From contig CAYYSK010000001.1 in NCBI GenBank assembly GCA_964474345.1, positions 6,955 to 51,988 on the forward strand: 45,034 nucleotides of DNA. The letters are read 5' to 3'. Origin of the DNA: an uncultured Flavobacteriaceae bacterium (GTDB lineage: Bacteria; Bacteroidota; Bacteroidia; Flavobacteriales; Flavobacteriaceae). The translations under genes and the position numbers were made by a program. Below are positions 1-8,092 of the stretch, piece by piece. The stretch's first letter is position 1, and the number at the start of each line of letters is the position of its first letter. The notes below the pieces were generated by a model. It was given only the letters and a program-made list of their open reading frames with translations, did no database searches and was not told the DNA's origin.

Positions 1-484
1 ATTAAAAAATCTGTCTAAAATTATTCATGCACGTGTTGTTGAAATTATTGAGCAAGTGTATTTAGAAATTAAGAATTATGGTCATGAAGAGCAAAAGAAA
101 AAACTTATTGCAGGGATTGTTTTAACAGGAGGAGGCTCTCAATTAAAACACCTTAAACAATTAGTAGAGTACATTACTGGGATGGATACACGTATAGGAT
201 ATCCTAATGAACATTTAGCAGGAGATAGTGATTCAGAAACGACAAGTCCATTATTTGCAACAGCAGTAGGACTTGTGATGAATAGTCTTGAACAAGGATT
301 ATATAATAGTACTATAGAAGAAGTAATTGAAGAGGTAAATGAAGGAATAAATAATGAAGAAAATGCAGGGGAACATCAATCAAGCGCATCTGTAGAAAAA
401 TCATCTTCTCAAACCATGTCTAAGAAAAGCATTTTTGATCGCTGGGCAGAGAAGTTTAAAGATTTTTTAGATAATGCAGAGTAG
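1..484 (+). CDS. ftsA: Cell division protein FtsA, C-terminal part (5' end outside window)
   Basis: Frame is open from base 2 (LKNLSKIIHARVVEIIEQV...). Actin-like motifs GIVLTGGGSQL, TRIGYP and SPLFATAVGL. Lies directly upstream of ftsZ. Confidence 0.96.
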   Translation, partial: LKNLSKIIHARVVEIIEQVYLEIKNYGHEEQKKKLIAGIVLTGGGSQLKHLKQLVEYITGMDTRIGYPNEHLAGDSDSETTSPLFATAVGLVMNSLEQGLYNSTIEEVIEEVNEGINNEENAGEHQSSASVEKSSSQTMSKKSIFDRWAEKFKDFLDNAE

Positions 485-621
485 TTAATAAATAGTAAGG
501 TTAATTAAAAGAAATATACGCTTTCAAGAAATATCGTGATGCAGGACAGGAGTTTATACTGAGCATAGTCGAAGTACGAAAGCGGAAACAGAAAAATAAT
601 AAGGGGCTAAAATCAAAAAGT

Positions 622-2571
622 ATGAATACGACAGAATTTGATGGAATTACATTTGATCTACCAAAAAACCAAAGTAATGTGATTAAGGTTATTGGTGTAG
701 GTGGAGGTGGAAGCAATGCGATTAATCACATGTTCCAGCAAGGAATAAATGGGGTAGACTTTGTGATTTGTAATACAGACGCACAAGCATTAGAGAATAG
801 TACGGTACCTATTAAAATACAATTAGGTGTCGGACTTACAGAAGGACTTGGAGCGGGAGCAAATCCAGATATAGGAGAAAAAGCAGCTATAGAAAGTGAG
901 CTTGATATTAAAGAGATGTTAGGAACCAATACAAAGATGATTTTTATCACCGCTGGTATGGGGGGAGGAACAGGAACTGGAGCTGCTCCTATAATTGCAA
1001 AAATGGCAAGAGAAATGGACATCCTCGTCGTAGGGATCGTAACCATTCCTTTCCAATTTGAAGGTAAAATGCGTAATGAGCAAGCTCAAATAGGGATAGA
1101 TAAATTAAGATCTCAGGTAGACTCTCTTATTGTTATAAATAATAATAAACTGCGTGAAGTCTATGGAAATTTAGGATTTAAAGCTGGTTTTAGTAAAGCA
1201 GACGAGGTACTTGCAACAGCTTCTCGTGGTATAGCAGAAGTAATAACACATCACTATACTCAGAATATTGACCTTCGTGATGCAAAAACGGTATTAAGTA
1301 AAAGTGGTACTGCTATTATGGGAAGCGCAAATGCTAGCGGATCAAACCGAGCATTTGAAGCCATTACAAAGGCACTTGATTCGCCATTACTAAATGATAA
1401 TAAAATTACTGGAGCAAAGAATGTATTGCTTCTTATTGTATCGGGGAACGATGAGATTACTATAGATGAAATAGGAGAAATCAATGATCATATTCAAGCA
1501 GAAGCAGGGCATAGTGCAAATATTATTATGGGAGTTGGAGAAGATGAAGCTCTAGGTGATGCTATTTCTGTAACTATTATAGCTACTGGTTTTAATGTAG
1601 AGCAACAAGATGATATTGTAAATGTAGAATCAAAAAAGATAATACATACATTAGAAGAAGAACAAAAGGCGCAACAAGACTTAATGCCAGATGCAACACC
1701 AGTTGTAAATGAAGAGCCTCCTGTTGTCAAAGTAGTAGAAAAAGTCATTCCAGAAAAGATAGTACATACACTAGATCTAGAAGAATTAGAAGAAAAAACA
1801 CCAACACCTATTCAGGAAAAAATAGATTTGCACATTATTCCTACAACAGATTTAATACGAGATATTGATGTTGTTTATGAAGAGGTACTTGCAATATCTG
1901 AAGATGATTTTGAGATTATAGATACAACAGTTCGACAAGAAGAAACTCCTGTAGTTGAAGAGCATACGGAAATGTTATCTTTTGATTTACCTACTCAAGT
2001 AGAAGAAGAAGTTCTTGTTGAAAAAGAAGAGATTGTAGAAGAACCTGTTCTTTTTGAATTAAATGAAGAACTTGCTGATATTGAGGTGAAAGACCCCATC
2101 GAAATTATTCCTGTGACAGAAGTATCTACAGAGGGAGAAACGCGTTATAGTTTAGAAGATTATATGGAAGTAGAAGAAACGCTATCTACTGCAAAAGCTT
2201 CGGATACTGATGCTATAAAAGTAGAAGAAGAAACAATTGTTTTTGAAACCAAAACTGTTGATGCAGAGCTTGCTGAAGAGTCAAAAGAAGAAGAGGTGGA
2301 CCCTATGAATAGTCCTATATCAAAACTTTTAATTGATCGCGCAGCTGAGCGTAAACGCAAGATGAAAGAATTTAATTATAAATTCCACCACAATCAATCT
2401 CGTATAGAAGAGATTGAAAAGGAACCAGCCTATAAAAGAATGGGAATTGATCTAGATGAAAAGACACCTGAAAAAGAAGGGAGCTTATCACGTACAACAT
2501 TATCTACAGATGATAATGAAGATATACAACTACGTAGTAATAACTCTTTTTTACACGATAATGTAGATTAG
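622..2571 (+). CDS. ftsZ: Cell division GTPase FtsZ with long acidic linker
   Basis: [19 protein letters not shown], tubulin signature [18 protein letters not shown]. Bacteroidota-type C-terminus EPAYKR...[10 protein letters not shown]. Confidence 0.99.
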   Translation: MNTTEFDGITFDLPKNQSNVIKVIGVGGGGSNAINHMFQQGINGVDFVICNTDAQALENSTVPIKIQLGVGLTEGLGAGANPDIGEKAAIESELDIKEMLGTNTKMIFITAGMGGGTGTGAAPIIAKMAREMDILVVGIVTIPFQFEGKMRNEQAQIGIDKLRSQVDSLIVINNNKLREVYGNLGFKAGFSKADEVLATASRGIAEVITHHYTQNIDLRDAKTVLSKSGTAIMGSANASGSNRAFEAITKALDSPLLNDNKITGAKNVLLLIVSGNDEITIDEIGEINDHIQAEAGHSANIIMGVGEDEALGDAISVTIIATGFNVEQQDDIVNVESKKIIHTLEEEQKAQQDLMPDATPVVNEEPPVVKVVEKVIPEKIVHTLDLEELEEKTPTPIQEKIDLHIIPTTDLIRDIDVVYEEVLAISEDDFEIIDTTVRQEETPVVEEHTEMLSFDLPTQVEEEVLVEKEEIVEEPVLFELNEELADIEVKDPIEIIPVTEVSTEGETRYSLEDYMEVEETLSTAKASDTDAIKVEEETIVFETKTVDAELAEESKEEEVDPMNSPISKLLIDRAAERKRKMKEFNYKFHHNQSRIEEIEKEPAYKRMGIDLDEKTPEKEGSLSRTTLSTDDNEDIQLRSNNSFLHDNVD

Positions 2572-2595
2572 AAGAAAAGCCAATTTAAAATATCT

Positions 2596-2636
2596 GAAAC
2601 CTGATAGTTATACCATAGCTTTCAGGTTTCTTTTTT
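2596..2636 (+). terminator. Probable intrinsic terminator after ftsZ
   Basis: Stem GAAACCTGA (2596-2604) / TCAGGTTTC (2622-2630) with further inner pairing, followed by TTTTTT. Confidence 0.75.
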
Positions 2637-2671
2637 ATATTCGCACTCCTAATGAGAAGGTGTATGAGTAC

Positions 2672-2685
2672 GCTTTCGCGAAAGC
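2672..2685. repeat. 14-bp palindrome GCTTTCGCGAAAGC, copy 1 (intergenic, just upstream of the YqeY start)
   Basis: Exact palindrome read from the sequence; recurs at 11279, 28945, 34255 and 38403. Confidence 0.9.
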
Positions 2686-2694
2686 TAAAATATA

Positions 2695-3144
2695 ATGAGT
2701 TTACAGACAGCAATAATGACAGCTATGAAAGAGGCAATGAAGGCAAAAGATCAAAATGCTTTGACCTCTCTACGGGCTGTGAAATCGGCAATATTATTGG
2801 CGCAAACTGAAAGTGGTGCCAAAGCGGAACTAACAGAAGAACAAGAACTTAAATTGCTTCAAAAATTAGTGAAGCAACGTAAAGATAGTGCTGCCATTTT
2901 TACAGAGCAAGGGCGTATGGATTTAGCCGATCCTGAACTTGCACAAGCTGAAGTGATTGCACGATTTCTTCCAGAGCAAATGAGTGAAGATGCTATAGCA
3001 ATAATTGTAGATGAAGTTATTGCTACTACTGGAGCAGCAGGAATGAGAGATATGGGGAAAGTGATGGGACAAGTAAATAGCAAAGTAGCAGGAAAAGCAG
3101 ATGGTAGTACAGTGGCTAAAATTGTAAAAAGTAAATTGGCGTAG
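2695..3144 (+). CDS. GatB/YqeY domain protein
   Basis: 149 aa. MKEAMKAKD...LRAVKSAIL, KQRKDSA, FLPEQMS, DMGKVMG and GKADG are typical YqeY motifs. Confidence 0.95.
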   Translation: MSLQTAIMTAMKEAMKAKDQNALTSLRAVKSAILLAQTESGAKAELTEEQELKLLQKLVKQRKDSAAIFTEQGRMDLADPELAQAEVIARFLPEQMSEDAIAIIVDEVIATTGAAGMRDMGKVMGQVNSKVAGKADGSTVAKIVKSKLA

Positions 3145-3186
3145 TACTATAATATGCTCTTTGTTTGGATAAAGAGTTTATGTCAC

Positions 3187-3260
3187 GGCCTCGTAGTTCA
3201 ACTGGATAGAATATCAGATTTCGGCTCTGAGGGTTGGGGGTTCGAATCCCTTCGAGGTCA
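3187..3260 (+). tRNA. tRNA-Arg (anticodon TCG)
   Basis: Acceptor stem GGCCTCG/CGAGGTC, D-arm TAGTTCAACTGGATAGAAT, anticodon arm TCAGA-TT-TCG-GC-TCTGA, T-loop GGTTCGAATCC. 74 nt, CCA not encoded. Confidence 0.97.
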
Positions 3261-3265
3261 CAAAT

Positions 3266-3434
3266 AAACACAAAATGCGCACGTCAAATCAAGCTTGCTT
3301 GAATTTGTAAGTGCGCATTTTGTGTTTTCAAAGCTGAGCTTTAAAGGATCATCGAGAGTAGCGAGGTAACCTTAAAGGAATTTGGACCTTCTAAAATTGC
3401 TTGATTTGATGTGTGCATTTTATATTTTCAAAGC
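3266..3434. repeat. Structured repeat directly downstream of tRNA-Arg (inverted plus direct repeat)
   Basis: Perfect 17-bp inverted repeat AAACACAAAATGCGCAC (3266-3282) / GTGCGCATTTTGTGTTT (3311-3327). Segment 3295-3334 is repeated degenerately at 3397-3434. Confidence 0.75.
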
Positions 3435-3536
3435 GATACTTTGGAAGAATCATAATGAATACCACCTTTGAGGTCACTATAATGCTGTGAACCCTTTTTA
3501 GCATTAATGTTTAAAAAGATTTTGTGATGTAACAAG

Positions 3537-3558
3537 TTTTCTAATGCATAATTCGGGT
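3537..3558 (-). mobile_element. Orphan terminal inverted repeat related to the MITE at 34934-35123
   Basis: Reverse complement ACCCGAATTATGCATTAGAAAA is identical over 22 bp to the MITE left end. I found no partner end nearby. Confidence 0.7.
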
Positions 3559-4260
3559 TTAATAAACATAACAGAAATATGGATAACTTTAGGTCTTTAC
3601 TGAACCTATTTGATGCTATAATAGAAAACAGGGAAAGGTTTAACTCTCTAAATTTCTTTGTTATAGCCTTCAAAAAAAGAAAAACTAAGTAACTTTTTAT
3701 TATAAATTCATGAATTTATAATTATTTCGAAATATTTAACATTTGTTTGAATAAAGGTAAAATCGACATTTTCATCTCATAAATATCCGTAATATGTAGA
3801 ACAAGTGATTCTTTGAAAAGTAAAATTGATAGTACATCCTTATAAAAGTTTACTTCAAAGTGCAAGACGCGATTAAAATCATTTGTGTAAGTGTATTTTT
3901 TTTTGCTACTTTGTATTGTAAGTCAGTGTAATAGCTATGAAAATGTATTGACTTCTAAATTGTATTGTGTAAATCCTTCTCCCCACGATTGTAGTATTTA
4001 TTTCATAAATACAAGCACAACATATTTAATATTATTTATCGATTATATACGTAGTAAAACTAAGTGCTAAAGTATTTGTGTTTTTACAAAATAACAATAT
4101 CGCAATTCATGATATTGATGTTGTTATGATGTATAAGCATGAGGTTAGTCCTACTTATGTAATGAAAATAGGCTCACTTACTTTTCACCTATGAGGTAAA
4201 CTAAGTTATAGTTGATAAAACAAAGGATTGTATTTATTAATAATTGAAATTTAAAATTTT

Positions 4261-5103
4261 ATGAAAACTTTAAAACAGGTTTTAAACGAAAACCACAAGA
4301 ACAAAACAAAAAAAGAATTGGTAGACTTAATCACTGGGATTAAGGGAGTAGTAGGTCCAGATTATGACAAAATCACGGGCTTACAACCTAGTGAATTATC
4401 TAAAACCAGAAATGAAGATTTAGTTGCTATAATTGGCGATTTTTCTGAAAACTACAATTCTGAGTGGGAAGTAGCTTTTGCAAATGCGCCTACTAAAGTA
4501 ATTGGGATGATCTTAGAGCAAGAGCAAAGAGATCAGGAGTTTTTTGCTGCAAATACACCAGCAAATGCAAATTTTGCCTCAGAATTAGGTAATATCCCTT
4601 TCGAAAACATTATTGGGGGAGTTTTAGATGCTGCCGTTACTGCACAGACCAATGCGTCTATTGCTACAGTAGATTTTATTAAGGAGGTTGGATTCACAAC
4701 AACAGGTACTGGTGTTACTGCAGAAACTAAAGTAAGAACAGTTGATTTTTCTTATGTAGAAGAAGACCCCGCTGATCCTAATGGTACAGTTACAAGAACA
4801 GTTGAAGTTCCTTTTATCTCCTTATTAAATGTTCCTACATTACGTATTGAAACTGTAGATATTGATTTTAATGTACAATTAAATTCTGTATATACTAGAG
4901 ATGTAAGTTCTCAATTTGGTATTGATGCTTCTTTAGATGTGAAATTCCCTAGAGTGAAATTTAATGTTTCAGCTTCTTATAAAAGAAGTACCAGAACAGG
5001 AACTAAAGTAGAAAGAACTTATAATGTAGGTGTAAAAGTGAGAGCTACAAATGATGAGATTCCTGCGGGACTTGAAAAAGTATTAAACTTACTTTCTGCT
5101 TAA
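4261..5103 (+). CDS. DUF2589-family protein with ~100-aa N-terminal extension
   Basis: ELGNIPFENIIGGVLDAAVTAQTNASIATVDFIKEVGF, VEVPFISLLNVPTLRIETVDIDFNV and C-terminal PAGLEKVLNLL match my recollection of the DUF2589 pattern. No signal peptide. Confidence 0.8.
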   Translation: MKTLKQVLNENHKNKTKKELVDLITGIKGVVGPDYDKITGLQPSELSKTRNEDLVAIIGDFSENYNSEWEVAFANAPTKVIGMILEQEQRDQEFFAANTPANANFASELGNIPFENIIGGVLDAAVTAQTNASIATVDFIKEVGFTTTGTGVTAETKVRTVDFSYVEEDPADPNGTVTRTVEVPFISLLNVPTLRIETVDIDFNVQLNSVYTRDVSSQFGIDASLDVKFPRVKFNVSASYKRSTRTGTKVERTYNVGVKVRATNDEIPAGLEKVLNLLSA

Positions 5104-5108
5104 GCCTT

Positions 5109-5819
5109 ATGATTAATTTATCAGACTACCTTAACTACCTCAATGATGAGGTAGTTAAGGCTCGTAAAAAAGCTGATCTACAAGCGGTAGCTATGGCTAA
5201 AGAATATGCCAAAGATGAATATTTGCGTTTTTTTACAGTCCCAAGATTTGCCATGCCTAAGGTGAAATTAGACATCCCTATTAAAGTAAACTCACTGGAT
5301 AGTGATATTAAATACAATTTTAAACTCAATGAAGAGATGTTGGTCAATGATATAAATGATGGTATTACAAAGGTAAACCTAGAGAAATCATTGAATATTC
5401 CATTATTTAATATACAAAGCCTGCAAGGTTCTGTGTTTATAGAAGAGATAAAAGGCCTTGAGAATAATAACGGAATCTTTGTGAAGAGTATAGATGAATC
5501 CTTAGCAAGTCTTGATCTGGAGAATAAAACAGATATAATGTTGGAAATATCTGAGTTTTCTGTTGATATTCATGATACTACTGAAACTAATCTGGCGAAG
5601 CAAGAAACTATTAGAATTGTAAAAGAAGCAATAAAAAAGCAACATATTCCTGTTTCTACAAAAATCAATCAGATTTTTATTGATCCAAATACAACTAAAT
5701 CTGACGATAAGGATAAAATATTTATCAATATGAGTGTCGATTTGGAAGAGGAAGGCATTCGTATTAATAGTATGATTGATGAGAACGGGAATGCTATTGA
5801 AGAAATCAGTTTTGAGTAA
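5109..5819 (+). CDS. Hypothetical protein, probable DUF2589 partner or divergent paralog
   Basis: 236-aa ORF 5 bp after the previous stop. N-terminal helix followed by FTVPRFAMPKVKLDIPI resembles the VPTLRIETVDIDFNV segment of the upstream protein. Confidence 0.7.
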   Translation: MINLSDYLNYLNDEVVKARKKADLQAVAMAKEYAKDEYLRFFTVPRFAMPKVKLDIPIKVNSLDSDIKYNFKLNEEMLVNDINDGITKVNLEKSLNIPLFNIQSLQGSVFIEEIKGLENNNGIFVKSIDESLASLDLENKTDIMLEISEFSVDIHDTTETNLAKQETIRIVKEAIKKQHIPVSTKINQIFIDPNTTKSDDKDKIFINMSVDLEEEGIRINSMIDENGNAIEEISFE

Positions 5820-6400
5820 TGAAAGTACTAGTTCATTATAAAATACAGCAGTATAAAGATTTTACTACAAAAATCGTTGCCTTAAACGAAAGGTATATTA
5901 CTAATGATTTTAATCTTCAAAAGGATGTAGAAACGACCCTTAATGAGCTTCAAGAATTTCTAAAGGAAATAGGAGAAAGCACTCATGAATCAACGGTGAG
6001 CCAGTTACGTATGTATTTAAAGACAGCTGTTTCTGGGATCAATCCTATGAGTTTAGAAAAAGTGAAAATAGGTAGACGAAATTTGATTACCTCTGCTATC
6101 TATCATTGTCTATCACAAGTATTGGAATTATTAGATCATACTATTACTACTACACAACATACGATAGATGGTGTTACTGAAACCTTAAAACAAGTGATTT
6201 TATCGGTATTGCAATCTAATGCGATCACACTTGAAGAGTTGAAAAGTACAGATACGATTGAAAAAATAGAACAATTATGGGGACAATTAATTTTAAATGA
6301 GCAGATCAACCTGATTCATCAAAAAGTAAGCTTGGAAGTAGTCAAGCAAGACATTTATATCATTTTAGATAAACAAATACACAAATTACAAAGTAATTAA
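5819..6400 (+). CDS. Hypothetical alpha-helical protein
   Basis: 193-aa ORF with TAATG stop/start overlap. Amphipathic helical pattern; no recognised motif. Confidence 0.75.
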   Translation: MKVLVHYKIQQYKDFTTKIVALNERYITNDFNLQKDVETTLNELQEFLKEIGESTHESTVSQLRMYLKTAVSGINPMSLEKVKIGRRNLITSAIYHCLSQVLELLDHTITTTQHTIDGVTETLKQVILSVLQSNAITLEELKSTDTIEKIEQLWGQLILNEQINLIHQKVSLEVVKQDIYIILDKQIHKLQSN

Positions 6401-6412
6401 TTCAATGACACT

Positions 6413-7672
6413 ATGAACGAACAAAAAAAATATATTATTCTGTTGGATGAGAATAACACCTCGGCAGTAAAAAAAGCAGAAAAAGATTTAGGCATCACCC
6501 TTACTTCTTCCGCTGAGTTAAGCTCTACAGTAAGAGCGCAACAAGTTTTTGATAGCGGAAATAGTCTGTATTTAAAAAATTTAGGGATTGCTGTACTTGA
6601 CAAAGTTGAGGCAGAAAAAATTGCTAAGACCGTTAATAAGTCTTCCAGTTCTGTTATTTATTGGGAAGAAGAACAAGAATTTACTACACAACTAGAAACC
6701 GATCTCATTGGAGATATGCGTAACCATATTACTCAACTTTCTGAAAGACTGGACAATTTGGAAGGTTTTTTAAAAGAAAAAGAAAAGGAGAAACCACTTG
6801 TTGAGAATATGACTTGGGGACTTACCGCTATTGGTCAGGAAATGAGCAAGTTTACTGGAAAAGGGATTGATATTGCCATTTTGGATACCGGTTTTTATTT
6901 ACAACATCCGGATTTTGTTGGGAGAAAAATTACCGGAAAATCATTTATCAATGATCAGGCCTGGGATTTTGATGGAAATGGACATGGAACGCATTGCGCA
7001 GGTATTGCAGCAGGTTATAAGTCCCTTGTAGATGGATTACGCTACGGAATTGCACACAATGCCAATTTAGACATTAGCAAAGTATTAGGTGATAAAGGAA
7101 ATGGATCGACCAGTAGTATTTTGGATGCGATAGATCGTTGTATTGAGAAGAAACATAAAGTAATTTCTCTATCCCTTGGAACACCAGTACGTATTGGCCA
7201 GAATCCTTCCAAAATTTTTGAACACATTGGAAATAAAGCTTTAAAAAACAACTGTTTAATCATTGCAGCGGCAGGAAATAATAGTAACCGGCCTAATATT
7301 CCGCGTCCAGTAAGTAGTCCAGGGAATGCAGAATCTTTTATGGCAGTAGCTGCTTTAACAGATAAGCGAGAAGTTGCTAAATTTTCTAATGCCGGCATCA
7401 ATGTGAGTAATGGAGGGAGAATAGATGTTGCGGCACCAGGGGTTTCTATTTTTAGTTCGTTTTCTAAAAATGCACCAGGGAAGTTATTGTATAAAAAAAT
7501 GAATGGAACAAGTATGGCCGTACCACATGTAACTGGAGTTGCAGCACTCTATTTTGAAGCTTTTCCAAATGCATCTGCCTCAGAAATTTGGTTAAAATTG
7601 GAAAAAAGATCGAAACAACTTTCAAATCAATTAGTGAGAAATGTAGGGCAAGGATTAATTCAATCGATATAA
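6413..7672 (+). CDS. Subtilisin-like S8 serine protease, no signal peptide (probably cytoplasmic)
   Basis: Triad motifs IAILDTG, HGTHCAG and NGTSMAVPHV; oxyanion motif AAAGN; N-terminal propeptide-like region (KKYIILLDE...LGIAVL). Confidence 0.95.
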   Translation: MNEQKKYIILLDENNTSAVKKAEKDLGITLTSSAELSSTVRAQQVFDSGNSLYLKNLGIAVLDKVEAEKIAKTVNKSSSSVIYWEEEQEFTTQLETDLIGDMRNHITQLSERLDNLEGFLKEKEKEKPLVENMTWGLTAIGQEMSKFTGKGIDIAILDTGFYLQHPDFVGRKITGKSFINDQAWDFDGNGHGTHCAGIAAGYKSLVDGLRYGIAHNANLDISKVLGDKGNGSTSSILDAIDRCIEKKHKVISLSLGTPVRIGQNPSKIFEHIGNKALKNNCLIIAAAGNNSNRPNIPRPVSSPGNAESFMAVAALTDKREVAKFSNAGINVSNGGRIDVAAPGVSIFSSFSKNAPGKLLYKKMNGTSMAVPHVTGVAALYFEAFPNASASEIWLKLEKRSKQLSNQLVRNVGQGLIQSI

Positions 7673-7679
7673 AAATAAT

Positions 7680-7904
7680 ATGTATACATATTTAGCTATT
7701 TTAAAGGAAAACGTAAATAAAGAGGATAACTCTATTGTAGACTTTTGTTCTACACATAATATCAAGATTATTCAATTCTATAAAATATTAGGAATTCTAA
7801 AAATTTCTTCTGAGCATAAATTAAAAATTGATATAGAAAATGATTTCTTTGATGCTCTAGAATTAGAAAGAAATGATTTTAGTATTTCTAATGAAGAAGA
7901 ATGA
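7680..7904 (+). CDS. Small protein resembling a free-standing I9 propeptide or protease inhibitor
   Basis: 74 aa, 7 bp after the protease. YLAILKE...IIQFYKILGILKI...DALELE resembles the I9 beta-alpha-beta-beta-alpha-beta pattern and the protease's own N-terminus. Confidence 0.6.
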   Translation: MYTYLAILKENVNKEDNSIVDFCSTHNIKIIQFYKILGILKISSEHKLKIDIENDFFDALELERNDFSISNEEE

Positions 7905-8092
7905 TTCCATTAAAATTATAGTGTCAAATCTGATATGTTTATCATTGTCAGAAATGATCGAGTATACTTTGAATGCTCATTAAATAATTGTAGGACTACT
8001 ACTATTAGTAATCATTAAAACTACTTCCTTAAAATCTATTCGTCTGTATAGATTTCCTGTATTCTCTTTTTTAATAAAATTTATAATATAAA

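Noticed and set aside
1500-2300. Long Glu/Val-rich low-complexity stretch in FtsZ
   Set aside because: A long acidic linker is normal for Flavobacteriia FtsZ; I saw no intein or tandem repeat.
501-2360. Five short minus-strand ORFs overlapping ftsZ, and similar ones in other genes (e.g. 2859-3083, 5135-5347, 7042-7401, 12016-12276, 19313-19546, 27402-27680, 35966-36172, 43235-43447)
   Set aside because: Antisense or alternate-frame shadows of well-supported genes, with no motifs of their own.
3428-3673. 81-aa minus-strand ORF after the tRNA as a possible integrase fragment
   Set aside because: No tyrosine- or serine-recombinase motif; TTG start; it runs through repeat and IS-end sequence.
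4261-5103. Bacterial gasdermin call (similar size, next to a protease)
   Set aside because: It lacks the N-terminal Cys and recognisable gasdermin pattern; motifs fit DUF2589 better. Only the logic is analogous.
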